Under the pieces are notes generated by a model. It was not told the origin of the DNA. It did no database searches and saw nothing but the letters and a program-made list of their open reading frames with translations. Of a stretch of DNA of 64,000 nucleotides, positions 38,016-50,645 are shown piece by piece. How positions within the stretch are numbered: position 1 is the stretch's first letter; the number at the start of each line of letters is the position of its first letter. The position numbers were made by a program, and so were the translations under genes. Origin of the DNA: Lytechinus pictus (taxonomy: Eukaryota); NCBI RefSeq assembly GCF_037042905.1, contig NC_087249.1, positions 9,674,001-9,738,000 of the forward strand, in the 5' to 3' direction.

Positions 38016-38610
38016 AGGGGAATCCAACCCAAATAAAAACTTGTTTTTATAAGGAAAAGAAAAATCAGACAAGTTGATAGGTGAAAGTTTGAACAATATT
38101 GGACAAACAACAGGAAAGTTATGAATTTTTAAAAGTTGTAAATATTGTTAATCACTATACCCATGGAGACTTCAAATTGGCCGCATATGGGATGTCATAG
38201 TGATGTAAGGCAAGGACTACTCTTCCATGTACTCCAATACATATTATGGCTAAAATGTCATTTTTCCCAAAAGTTTTATTTCAAATTATATTTTTCTTTC
38301 ATGAGAACATAAAACAATATACTACCTGGGTTATATTTAGATTACTGCCCCAGGGGAATGGGTACTTAGGAGAAAACCACAAATCCCTGATAATAAAGTA
38401 CATGGCCTATGGGAAAGTTGTCCTTGCCCCTTGTCATAATTTACTTACCCAGTTGCCAATTTGAAATCTACATAGTATTAGTGATCTCAATTTTAAAGCA
38501 GCTATAACTTTCTTATTGCTTGTCCGATTTCTTTCAGACTTTCACCATTCTGTTTAATTTATTTTTCTCCTTCCCAACATAAAATTTTATGGCCAAGGCT
38601 GGATTCCCCT
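38016..38610. mobile_element. TTAA-flanked Kolobok-like MITE
   Basis: TTAA|AGGGGAATCCA ... TGGATTCCCCT|TTAA. Confidence 0.85.
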
Positions 38611-38760
38611 TTAAATGAATAAAATTATTGAATAAAGAGAGCCCCCCTGCCTTCTTTGGCTACCCCATTGGAGATATTCTTTATGTTGAACATGGCATTA
38701 GAGCTCAAGTAGAAATGCAAGTTCACCATAATACCTTTGCATCTTCTTGCTATTATCCAG

Positions 38761-38818
38761 GTACAACTGCAATAGGTATGATGAAGATGATGCAAGAAAA
38801 GCAAGGAACAACCAAGCG
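38761..38818 (+). CDS. ARIH1: ARIH1 exon 10
   Basis: YNCNRYDEDDARKARNNQA; CCAG / GTAAGT. Confidence 0.95.
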
Positions 38819-38959
38819 GTAAGTAAATATTCTTATTCAGAAACTTGGTGTCAGCAGGGCTCTGTCCAAACCAATCTCAAGTATGGAGTGTCACTTGTGT
38901 CAATATTTGCATCTAGAGGTTGTGTGCAGAATACAACTGTCCATTTCAGAACATAGAGA

Positions 38960-39443
38960 AGTGGTGATGATGATGATTTTGGTGATGGTGATGGTGGTGG
39001 TGATGATGATGGTGGTGGTGGTGGTGATGCTGATGGTGGTGGTGATGATGGTGGTGGTGGTGATGTTGATGATGATGATGGTGGTGGTGGTGATGATGAT
39101 GATGATGGTGGTGGTGGTGTGATGATGGTGGTGGTGGTGGTGGTGATGATGGTGGTGGTGGTGGTGATGATGATGGCGGTGGTGATGATAATGGTGGTGG
39201 TGGTGATGATGATGGCGGTGGTGATGATAATGGTGGCGGTGGTGGTAGTAATGATGGTGGTGGTGGTGATGATAATGGTGGTGGTGATGGTGATGGTGGT
39301 GGTGGTGGTGGTGATGATGATGATGATGATGGTGATGATGATATTGATGATGTTGATGATGTTGTTGATGATGATGATGATGATATTGATGTTGATGATG
39401 ATGGTGATGATGTTGATGATGATGATGATGATGTTGATGATGT

Positions 39444-39534
<91 letters not shown>

Positions 39535-39623
39535 GGTGGTGGTGGTGGTGGTGGTGGTGGTGGTGGTGGTGGTGGTGGTGGTGGTGGTGGTGGTGGTGAT
39601 GATGATGATGATGATGATGGTGA
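38960..39623. repeat. Long compound (GAT/GGT)n trinucleotide microsatellite in ARIH1 intron 10
   Basis: Direct reading; source of the poly-His and poly-Met/Val ORFs. Confidence 0.97.
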
Positions 39624-39936
39624 TTCAGCCTGGGAGTATATCTGGAATCATCGAAGCATTCAATCAGTTTACCAACAACCAGCAACCGAATACCACTTTT
39701 TACACTCATCGAATGGTTGCCAGATGTTTTGAGATATTTGAGATATTTGATTATCAAAATTACTTAACTATATTCTTCGATATTTGAAAACAAAGTAGAA
39801 GATAAATGAAATTTATGCTAAAATTTAATGAATTCCAAACATTGTAACTCTTTCAAGACACGACAGTGACAGCGCATCATCACTCAGCTGTGTTGATGGG
39901 CATGTGAGTTTGCTCTGTACTGGGACACTCGACTAA

Positions 39937-40789
39937 GGGTGTGTTTATGCTTCCATTGCGAGGACAGAATCAGCGTTTTCAAACGTCGATTCAAAACGCC
40001 GATCGTAAACGTGGTTCTGGGAGTGCTGTTTATGCTTAACTCTCAGAGGCGAAATCACGATCTCCAGCTGGCTTCGCATCGTAATTTTTGTTGAGCAGGA
40101 AAGCGAGGTCAAATTGCATGGGCGCGCCCTTTTTCGAAAAAAAAAATTCCGAGTGTTGTTATGGGGAAGGTACGTCGACTGTTATATAAACATCGAACAA
40201 TTTCCGATATTTTAGTCATTGCATGGAGCTTTTTGATATAGCCATATAATTTCCACCATGGTGAGGATAATAGTAAGAAAAAATAAAGAATATTACGTAT
40301 ACAAAATAATAAAATATCTATTTGTTTATGCTACTGGGGCATCTGGCAATGTCTCCTCATTATAACTCATGTTCCTGGGTTTTTTTTGGTGTAAATCCCT
40401 CAACATTCATCGTGATGACAAATTGGAAGAGTAATACTATAGTAATAGTACTACACATGCAAAACAAGGGAAGATGAGAGGTAATTCCTTGGAGGTAACA
40501 TGCGCCCATGTGGGTCAATGCGATTATTTGCCCACGGATTTTCATCTCACCGGAAGCATGTACCAAATGACGTCATTTAAACACGTTTACGATCGCGGTT
40601 CTGTTTATACTTCCCCAGAAAGCCTGATTCTGGTCAAACGACGTTTACAAACGCACCTTTTTGTGAGTTTACGATCGGCGTTTTGAAACAGCGTTTAAAT
40701 GAAAGTAAGCATGGACGCAACCGTGTTTTGGACTAATCACGTTTGGAAACGCTGATTCTGGCCTGAAAAGTGGAAGCATAAACACGGCC
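39937..40789. mobile_element. PIF/Harbinger-like MITE, TAA TSD
   Basis: TAA|GGGTGTGTTTATGCTTCCA ... TGGAAGCATAAACACGGCC|TAA; extended imperfect TIR. Confidence 0.85.
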
Positions 40790-42149
40790 TAATTCAACTG
40801 GCTCATTATGTGTGACCACATCCACTCCTATTACTCATGACAAATGGCACAAGACAAATACGCCCATAAGCGATTTGATATTGATGCAACACAATCACAG
40901 GAATCTTGATTGTTCAAACGATTGTTTTCCCTGGCAAACAATGATGATGATAATGAAAGTAAAAGGGAATGAAAGAATAATGTATATTTATCTCATTATT
41001 CTCCCAAGTTTTAGAAAATTGATGCTCCATTTTATTAATGTGATTTTAAACAATGGAGTATCATGTAGACAAGAGATAATAAATCGTTTTATGATATTTT
41101 GAAAAGGAATTTATTCAAAGACACTCAACGTCACAAAGTATTTAAATTCATATATGGGGGAAATTGTTTCACAAAACATCTCACATTTGCAATGCGCTTG
41201 ATATATATTGAGAACAAGAAAATTGTAAATTAACCTACAAGTTCAGGAATATGCACTGTTTTATTTATGGTCCACTGAACCTAGGATTTGTGCATTCAAA
41301 GTAACCGATGATGGCTGATTTATAGGGCTGTTTGGGCAACCAATTTTATTTTTGATATTTTGTTGTAATGCCTATAATATCATGTATATGTTTCCACATT
41401 TTCTATATGTTTTAATGAGAATATTTATGTTTCTTTTGCCGGTAATTTGTCTATTGGTGCCTTAATGTGTATTTGAAATATATACGAATAGAACGTGAGT
41501 TTCTTGAGTTTTATGAGTTTTACTCCCGGTTTGGTTTGTATCATTTCTTAGTTCTTAGTCACATCCATCATCACTTTTAACACATTTTCATGATGCTCGT
41601 CAGGAAAGTATAATACGGTGCTCATCGCGTGGTATTTTAATAAGATAATAACTTAACCTAGGATTATTATCATTATTTATTTGACCAAATCATAATACAA
41701 ACATAAGTGACTTTTATACATAGTAAAAACAAACAATACAGAATGGAGCAGTGCTACATGCTGGTCAGGGGTGATAAAAGCATAATAAATGGCTGTTGCT
41801 CAGAAGCATATCACCCCCACACGTACATGTAGCACTGCGTACAAATATCAAACTTACAAAACATACAAGGATTATGTCAAGACTGGAAAAGGATTTTGTT
41901 GCTGAGGAATACTAGGTTTCATTTTCTTTTAAAAATATTAACGATAAATGATTATGTACAAAATTCTCTTTCTGATTTTTTTTAATTAACTTTTTATACA
42001 CTTTTCAATCCACAATATTAAGATAAATCTCAACCTGCTGAATACATGTACATAAATTGGCAACATGCTCTTAAAATGTACACATAGCTTATATTTTCTC
42101 AGAGTTAGCTGAATTATTGCTATAAGAATACCAACCAATATCTATTATC

Positions 42150-42425
42150 ATAATAATTGGCTTTCAATCCACGACTGCTCAAAGTGCTTCGCAATTATTA
42201 TTACCCGGTCACTGGATTCACAGCTTTTAACAGCCTGTCAGGCGCACACTTGCTAAACCAATCAAAATGACGGTTGTTTCCTAACGGTACCCAATTAGCA
42301 CCTGGGTGAGAGTGGCAAAGTGTGGATTGACGCCTTGCCAAAGGACGCTAGGCCATGGTGGGATTCAAACACACAACCCTCTGATTGCAAGGCGAGAGTC
42401 AGAACCGCTACACCACAGTGCTTCC
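42150..42425 (-). mobile_element. tRNA-derived SINE, near full length
   Basis: Minus strand: GGAAGCACTGTGGTGTAGCGG (A box) ... GTTTGAATCCC (B box), then a CACCCAGGTG..GGGTACC body. Confidence 0.8.
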
Positions 42426-42768
42426 ATCATCATTGTTGAATTGAATTGATCACTTTTATTTCATTTCTTATAATATTAAGACACTGGTAAAATAAAATTA
42501 CAAAATAAAGTACATTCAAAATTAAATCACAAAGTGGTTGTGTTAATTGTGTCTTTAGCATGGTTTCCCAACTATGTTTCTTTCATTTTAGGCCCACATT
42601 TGTTTTCTTTCTTCACCATCTTTGATTTCTATTTCATCAGTGTTTCTTTGTTGTTGTTTTTTTTTTTGCTTGCTGTTCTCAGCTTTCCATGACAGCTAAT
42701 GATAATTGGTTATTGACAGCATGTTGTAAATGACAATTGGAAAGTATTGCCAATGCACTTAATATTCA

Positions 42769-42809
<41 letters not shown>

Positions 42810-43186
42810 TATGCCAGCATTTTTTTCTATATCTGCAAGGTTGCCCAGCCCATCAGCATACATGTACAATCTTGAATGCCCATTTCCTAAATTCTGTGCA
42901 CCCAGTATAATTTTGAATAATGACTTATTTGAAGAATAATGCAGAGATATGCATTCGACTATAATAGCACAAAATTCAATGACTGGCCAGTGCCCAGTTT
43001 GCATGTTTAGGTGACTTGTTTGGACATAACATTCAATAACAAAAAATACAATTAATTGTTACCGTACACTTGACATTAAAAAAATCAAGCATGATTGCAA
43101 TTTTTTAATGTGATTCGTTATTTAAAATTAAAGATATGGAAAATGAGTCATGATATTATGTTGGAAGAAGAGTGGCTTGCTTTATA

Positions 43187-43492
43187 CAGTCCTACCTCTC
43201 TTATCCGGCCTATCTGGATGTCTCCATTGGCGGCGGAGTAGAGGATTATCTTTTGTGTTTGGGGGGGACGTCTATTGTTGTGTCCCCCCCAAACACAAAA
43301 GATAATCCTCTGCTGAGATTTTTTTTCCAATTCGATCTAGTACATGGGGAAATTAGATGTCAATCTAAACTCAATCCTACGCAAACTCACTTTGATTACA
43401 TATATTTCAATATTGGGTCTCCCAGATCAGGATAAATCCCTTATCCAGATTGGTGCTGGTCCCAACATGTCCCGATAAGAGAGGTCAGACTG
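43187..43492. mobile_element. Tc1/pogo-like MITE, TA flanks
   Basis: TA|CAGTCCTACCTCTCTTATC ... GATAAGAGAGGTCAGACTG|TA. Confidence 0.8.
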
Positions 43493-43651
43493 TATTGCCA
43501 GCCCTTTGCAGGAGTTTCATGCTGCTGCAGAAATTTATAGTTTACATGTGCTTTTGTTTGTCTGACGATGATTTTCTTGCTTTTGAAAACCATGTTCTGT
43601 GAGGATAGAGTACGAAACTAAAAAAATACTGTTGGTAATTGTTTTCCACAG

Positions 43652-43735
43652 CGATCGAGGCAAGCTTTAGAGAGGTACTTGTTCTACTGCAATCGCTACA
43701 TGAATCACATGCAGAGTTTACGATTTGAGAACAAG
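43652..43735 (+). CDS. ARIH1: ARIH1 exon 11 (Ariadne domain)
   Basis: [32 protein letters not shown] / GTAGGT. Confidence 0.95.
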
Positions 43736-43776
43736 GTAGGTTCATTCATTTTATCGTGGTGTCATCACTGCTTCTA

Positions 43777-44008
43777 TGGTGGTACTAAAAAGTTAATGAA
43801 CCCTACCAGAACATGCACTTCTTCGTGCCGAGTGTTGAATGTAGACAACAACGCTTCAGTGTTCAGCAAGCCTAAAAAAACAAACTGTATTGAATGTAAT
43901 ATTTTATTACCTGGATTCACAATTAAATATCAAAAACACGGAAGAACTTGAACACATTTAAAGTATGTTCATTTTCTGGTGGGTTTCACTAACTTTTTAG
44001 CACCACTC
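43777..44008. mobile_element. Tc1-like MITE, TA flanks
   Basis: GTGGTACTAAAAAGTTAATGAACCCTACCAGAA / TTCTGGTGGGTTTCACTAACTTTTTAGCACCAC. Confidence 0.8.
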
Positions 44009-44545
44009 TATATTGTTTATCACTCAAAGATGCCCTTTGATTAGATTTGGTTTAAATTGAACATTTTGCTGGAATTGTTATTTTTTAGAAAAAAATGTAG
44101 TATTTTGAATTGAAGTTGTTTATTTTGTATTTACGGTAAGGGGGCAATTTACTGAAAGCTAAATCAATTTAAGACCAATATGAGTAGAATGCTGTTTATG
44201 AATTTGATTTTGACTTGAAATGTATTATATCTGTTTGAGATCATCCTTAGAACTACAAATTCCTTTGGCACTGCCCCTGACCTCATCTAGTCTCTTCCTC
44301 TGACCTCTAATAATAACATATTCTCTCACAGTAGTGCCTGTTATAGTGTCCCTTGTCATAAAATCTTGACATAATTTAAGTGTTAAGTTAACCCTCAAAT
44401 AAAAAAATTTTATTCATATTTTCAGAAATGACATGTAAGCAAAATGCCATTTGTTAAAAATAATCAGTCGTAAGGTGTGCAGTGGCCTTTAGTTATACAT
44501 TGCATTTAATTTCTCTCTCTCTCTCTCTCTCGCTCTCTCTTCCAG

Positions 44546-44722
44546 CTCTACGCCCAGATCAAACGTAAGATGGAGGAGATGCAGCAACATAATATGTCAT
44601 GGATAGAGGTTCAGTTCTTGAAGAAAGCCGTCGACGTTCTGTGCCAGTGTCGCAGTACTCTCATGTACACCTACGTCTTTGCATTCTACCTCAAAAAGAA
44701 CAACCAGTCCCTTATATTTGAG
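44546..44722 (+). CDS. ARIH1: ARIH1 exon 12 (Ariadne domain)
   Basis: (CT)n tract plus [69 protein letters not shown]. Confidence 0.96.
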
Positions 44723-44739
44723 GTAATTAGTGACTTGCT

Positions 44740-45250
44740 ACCAGATATTGATTTTTGTAATGCTCTCTTGTTCAATTTACCCCAGAAACGGTTATCTCAG
44801 CTTCAAAAGCTCCAAAATGCTGCAGCTCATATTGTTACATTGTCAAACATATTCTGACATATTACCCCAATTCTGAAGTCGCTGCACTGGCTCCCTAGCA
44901 AGGATGGGATGACTTTTAAGACTTTGTTGCTTGCCTTTCATTGCATTCATGGATCAGCTCCCCAATACAATCTTCCTTTTATCGATTATTACATACCCAC
45001 CAGGTCTTTTCGTTCTTCAACATCTTGTTTGCTTGTGGTTCCAAAAGTTTCACAAACTTGGGTGGAAAGATCCTTTGCTCATGCGTGTCCCATGCTATGG
45101 AACAGACTTCCTGAAGACATCTAAAATTGTATTTCTATCGAGTCTTTCAAAAATGTTATGAAACTTTTTTTTTTACTTTTAATTTCTTTATGCGCCTTGA
45201 GCATTCTACAGGGTGGATTTGGCACTTTTTAATAATAATAATTATTATTA
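44740..45250 (+). mobile_element. L2-clade LINE 3' fragment
   Basis: [49 protein letters not shown]; (TAA/TAT)n tail. Confidence 0.85.
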
Positions 45251-45624
45251 AATTGATAGAAGTTGTTTTGAGCTAAAATACTTCTTCTTGAATTTAAATT
45301 GTTTTCACCGTTTGGGGCATTTGGGGCAGTTTTCCATCCTACATGAATGTAACAAAGCCAATGCCTATTGTGTTGAATTTACATGGTCAATGTACTCTTA
45401 TGTTTTCTAAAAGCTTCAAGGATGTTTCAAAATAAATTGCATACTCTCTTTTTTCTATCTTTGATATATTGAATTTTAAAAAATGAATGCTTCTTCAAAA
45501 ATCATACTCTCTTTGTACCGTTCTCTTACCACTTGTAATGTATTTATGACCAAGTAAATTTCAATGAACAAAGGACTTACCAAGTAGATGATTTGAATAC
45601 TATTCTTTCTGTATCATTTTTCAG

Positions 45625-45737
45625 GAGAATCAGAAGGACTTGGAGAATGCCACAGAGACTTTATCAGAATACCTAGAACGTGATATCACCTCTGATGCTC
45701 TAGCAGAAATCAAGCAAAAAGTGCAAGATAAATCAAG
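45625..45737 (+). CDS. ARIH1: ARIH1 exon 13
   Basis: [37 protein letters not shown](R); TCAG / GTACTT. Confidence 0.95.
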
Positions 45738-45756
45738 GTACTTGAGTCAAACTATT

Positions 45757-45990
45757 GGGTTGTGTGGTCTAGTGGTTAGAGCATTGGACTCATAACCGTA
45801 AGGTTGTGAGTTCGAATCCCCGCGCTGCCATTGTCTCCACTTTGATGAAAAGACCCGAGAGTCTATATGGTCACCCACTATGACTGATTAACTTGGACGA
45901 AAAGTGTTTCATAGGTAATTGGTTATGTACCGGCTTGGCATTATACCAGCAAAAAGCTGTCGTGCCGAGTTCCAGAAAGTTAGCTTTAAT
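45757..45990 (+). mobile_element. SINE with tRNA-like head (CAT in the anticodon position)
   Basis: A box TGGTCTAGTGG and B box GTTCGAATCC within 45757..45830; the anticodon stem does not pair; non-tRNA body follows. Confidence 0.7.
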
Positions 45991-46159
45991 TGGCAAGTAA
46001 CTTCAAAGGAAAGCTGTCTTACTTATTGGTTTATGTTTTTTCTGATGTTGCATATATTCTCATGAACCCCTGACATCAGATCAGGAGTATTGGTCATATT
46101 TTGAGGTACTTAAATAATGTAATATATTCTTTCTTTAAACCATTGCATGAGCACTCATA

Positions 46160-46329
46160 ACATTTCATCAACTTCATCTTCATCATCATCATTATCATTA
46201 TTATCACATTATCATCATCTTCATCATCATCATCACCATCATCGTCATCATTACCGTCATCATCATCACATCTCCATCACCATCATTACCATCACCACCA
46301 TCATCATCATCGTCATCACCATCATCACC

Positions 46330-46360
<31 letters not shown>

Positions 46361-46480
46361 CCACCACCACCACTAACACCATTACCACAATCAGTACCAC
46401 TACTACTTCTACCACCGCCACCTCCAGTACTGAAACCACCACCATTACCACCACAATCACCTCCATCATCATCATCACTA
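46160..46480. repeat. (CAT/CAC)n compound microsatellite in ARIH1 intron 13
   Basis: Direct reading. Confidence 0.95.
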
Positions 46481-46741
46481 TTTATGTTAGGGGCTATAGC
46501 CTTTCTGTGATTGAAGCAATCCCTTAATTATTAATCCGGGCTTTAGTAGAAATTATTGAAACTAGCCTGTGTAAAAGTATTGTTCATTTTGACCGAGTGG
46601 AATTTGTGCAGAGCTCTTGTAAAGTTTGATCGTTTTTTTCTGGAACCCAGTCTATTTCCCTTTTATATATTAAAAAGACTTTCTCATAGTTATGTAAGAG
46701 ATGAATAATGCAAGTCATTGTTTCTCACTATTCCATTCCAG

Positions 46742-46826
46742 GTACTGCGAGAGCAGGAGAAAGGTGTTACTAGAACACGTCCATGAAGGCTACGAGAAAG
46801 ATCTCTGGGAGTATTACGATAATTGA
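46742..46826 (+). CDS. ARIH1: ARIH1 exon 14 (last coding exon)
   Basis: [30 protein letters not shown]; summed CDS is 1536 nt = 511 aa plus stop. Confidence 0.95.
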
Positions 46827-47303
46827 ATAGCAGACTAGCGGACTAGGAAGTGACTATTTTAGCCTGTTTAGAGGAGTATCGAGAGCAATTGACTTCCATC
46901 TATACTTTCCAAAATGAACGTGTTTGTCATGTGCATATCATTAATATAAAGACAAACTTGTACTGTTTTTCTTCATGTATCTGTAACGTTCGGTTTGTTT
47001 GTGTTCCCCTACTCCAAGTTACCTTTTTTCCGTTTCTGATTTCATATACTCATAAACCTAAGAATTTATTAGGTATCTGTATGCACATGAAAATAAACAA
47101 CTGTCTTTGCAATGTAAAAAAAAAAAGCAAGAAAAAAATGAAGGAAAAAAAATTAAAAGAGCAATAGTTGTGAGAAGAATCTCTCATTACGTCTAGCTGG
47201 TGGTGATTATTGACTACTTTGCCACGTTTTCCAGTCGTATAGGGTTATTATAAGTTCAGCAATGGCAGTTGGTGTTGGGCCAATTCGTTCACCAGCCACA
47301 GAA

Positions 47304-47505
47304 CAGTGCGGCCAACAAGTGCTGATTTTCAGTATTTAGTACTGTAAATGATAATATGCATGGTTTCGTGCAAATATTGATTTCTAAGGTTTCAGTTCAT
47401 GTGTTGTCCTTTGGTATTTCTTTTAAACTACTGATTTCCTCACGAAAATGACTGATTTTCAGCTTTTAAAATACTGAAATGTTCTTATTTCTGTTGGTAG
47501 CTCTG
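47304..47505. mobile_element. Small hAT-like MITE with 6-bp TSD (ACAGAA/ACAGCA)
   Basis: CAGTGCGGCCAAC / GTTGGTAGCTCTG; TACTGA(TTT) sub-repeats. Confidence 0.6.
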
Positions 47506-49254
47506 ACAGCACACTCTTGAACAAGGCTGGTGTTAAGGGATTCACATCATTCGGGGTTTAATATTTCTATGATGTTATTAGCATCGTTTCTTTATTTACC
47601 CACACACAATGTTGTAGCGGGGTCAGGCAGCCCAGTTTATGTTGCTAACACCAAACTTCAAATTACCCACTAATGGTTATAAGGTTGATTGTGACAGTTT
47701 GATCTTTCTGCTGCAGTGTTAATTTTTTAATCTGCATTACCGTGTGGTGAGTGGGAAACAAAAGAATAGTTGTTGACCAGCACAGACTTATAGGGAACAA
47801 ATGTGTATGGCGTCCAGAGGAGGTGGTTGGAACTATGGTTCCTGAAGTGATGCTGGAATGCTACTATTTCCCGAGGGGTGCAGCCCCGAAGGAAAATGGT
47901 TGCATAAGCGTCGCTGAGGGGACCATAGTTTCACCAAACCTCCAATCAAAGGCCGTATTGGTTGATTTGAAGAAAAGCATATTTTTACGTTTAGGCGTTC
48001 CATAAAGCTTGATAATTGGTATATCAATTTACAAAGCAGCCACCCACTGGTTATTAAACTTTATGCAAAGAACCCAAAAAATTGCAATTCACCCCAAAAT
48101 GTATTTTTAAAAAGCCCTTTGAAGTTGCAAACAATATGCATGATAGAATTATATTTGGGTCGATACAAAATGTACTTTGGTATGAATAAAAATAGGGAAA
48201 TAGCCATCCTACAGATATTACTAACATATCCCCTCTTCCCCCAGATAAAGCCGTATAAAATTTGATCTCAGATCCAAATTACACCCTGATGACATCATTC
48301 TAGTACCTGACGATATGTGTAGGAGGTGCTTTTCTGCAGTAGGCTTCACTGTTCTGTTGGAATGATTAACATTGTAAAGTTACTAGAAGCAATCCAATTT
48401 TTATGTTGCAGGTTAGAGAACACACAAAGATGCCAATAATTGAATAATCTAGAATAGATGATGAAGTCATGTTAATAGTTTATATTATATTGCTTGTTAT
48501 TTTTTTTATTGGTGATATTTTGGCTGGTCAAACTAAAAATAAAACTAAATCTCCTCTCAAAGAGATCTCAATATTTATCTTTCCCCTTGTACATTAACTA
48601 TACAGCTAAAGAATCATAGCACATTTAATGCTCTCAACTTTAAAATCACCTCTATGTTGTCAACGCGCTGCCTTCTTTGCCAGTTGAGAATCGGAGGATG
48701 AAAGTGTTTGTTCAAAAGCGCTGTCAAATGATACTATCTTTTAGAGTAACAAGTTTTTATATGACTTTGATATTTATTCTCCCCTGGCTTCATATAGAGG
48801 TGTATAGATGACAGAATTTACCTGTAATTTTAACTTGGATATGTTCTAATTCAATTTGCTGCCGTTTAACGTTGCACGAGAGAAAATTGTTCCGAGGGGC
48901 AAATAATATTGTTACATTGCTCTATGTGGCAGTATCTGAAAGTCGGATGGGTGTCGGTTTCCACGGGGGAGTGGATTATTATTTTCTGATCACATAATTT
49001 TGGTGAAAAGCATCGAAAATGCCTGTAACAGAGATATCTTTTGGGGAAGGCAAACCCAGTGTAACAGCGACAGATTCTTTGGCAAAGTCTGCAATGGCTT
49101 GGGCAACTGTCAGGCCGGTGAAAAGTGAGATGATGATTTAAGGCATTATATACATAACGTCAGCTGGTCATGAATGCCATTCTATTTTGGGTGATTTATA
49201 TTAGAATGGTGTCAGATTCCCCGGCAATGAAAACACTAGATAATTTGCCTTTGA

Positions 49255-49356
49255 AGGTAAAAGATGACAGCAAACAATTATTTCACGAGAAAGTCTTAAA
49301 ACTCAAGGTTCTGTTCGAACTCGTGTTGAGATCGTTACCACAACTGGTATTTATCA
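49255..49356 (-). mobile_element. ~100-bp internal-deletion derivative of the 29577..29968 family
   Basis: Both ends retained (AGGTAAAAGA..GAGAAAGTCT and GAGATCGTTACCA.AACTGGTATTTATC); interior missing. Confidence 0.75.
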
Positions 49357-50645
49357 TTAAACACTGAAGTGTTATCAAAGAACAGATCAGAAGAGAAGAG
49401 AAAATGCAGTCTGACTGCATTTGAAGATAATGAGATATCCCAATGCACATGTGCACAGTAGGATCAACATGCAGCATCTGTTGCAAAAAAAAAGATGAAT
49501 ATTCAGTTTTAGAACTGGACTAGACTACTCTTAGTATATACATGTGTATGTCATTGTATGAACATAATGATGTTTAGCTGTTATGATGAAGTGTAGTTTA
49601 ACAAAAGGCTGTGTACACACTGATTGTTGTTAACGATGGAACTTCAAAGTGCTAATGTTCCAATTTTTAGCAAATATACGACCCAAGAAGGGGGTGCTTC
49701 TGTGTGGAATTTCAAGCCAAGGACTCGAAGGGTCTTGTTAATCTGACCGCCATTTACCGTCTATATATCAGCTGTGTCCCCTGGCCAGGTTCTCTCATTA
49801 ATCTTCATCAAACTTGCTTTAAATTTAAGAAATAGAACGTCGTGGGCTGTCTTTTATTTTTATGTTTCATCTTGTACAAGAAAAAGTTGATGATTTACAA
49901 TCAACCACAGCCTAAAGGAGAGACTTTTTTTAACACCAAATAGAACCCTCTGCACTATAGTAAATGTTAGGTGATGTATATAACCAAGCATAATGATGAT
50001 TGACCCATAGATTTTCGTGGAAATGGAGTCCCAAAACCTTACTGTCATATCCTGCTATATCTCTTTTATATATGGATGGGCGTGGGTCTGAACACAGCCG
50101 GATGAATGAGGTCTAGTTGTTTGACGTTCAGTTTGCTCCAAAACAGTGGCTACCTTTGTGGAATGTTTACGAGACTCTATAACTGTTACTGCCTATTCAT
50201 CCCAGAGTTTGGATGTGACTGAATCAAAAGATTGCAATTGCATTGTTCTCTCATATGTACCATTGGATTTGTATTCTTTCAAACTTGCAATATGTAAAAG
50301 AAAAAAAAACGAAAGCAGCTCTTGTAGTATAGTAGCCTTAGAATTAGTCACTTACTTCAGTCGTAGGAAAGTCTTCAACTTCAATCTTCCCCTTCTCGAG
50401 CGACTTCTGTCTCCTTTTAATTTTCATTCCATCTTGTTCTCATTAAAATTTGGTTCATCGCTATCTATCTTTCCTGTGATTCCTTGTCTTCTTCCGCTCC
50501 ACTTTTACAAAAGAAAGCAAGTTTTATTTCCTTAATAAAGGAATAATTTGTGTCTGTCATTTGCATAAATGTCAGTGCATTGGTGCAGTGGTTTACCAGT
50601 CATATCGCATATCAGAATGAGTTTGTTTGAGTTTTTTTTATATTC

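Noticed and set aside
38883..39787. Poly-His and poly-Met/Val ORFs of 79-285 aa
   Set aside because: Reading frames of an intronic (GAT/GGT)n microsatellite; no coding complexity
45757..45830. Functional tRNA-Met gene
   Set aside because: Anticodon stem unpaired, acceptor stem imperfect, no immediate T-run terminator; fits a SINE head
46147..46527. His/Thr/Ile-rich ORFs
   Set aside because: (CAT/CAC)n microsatellite inside ARIH1 intron 13
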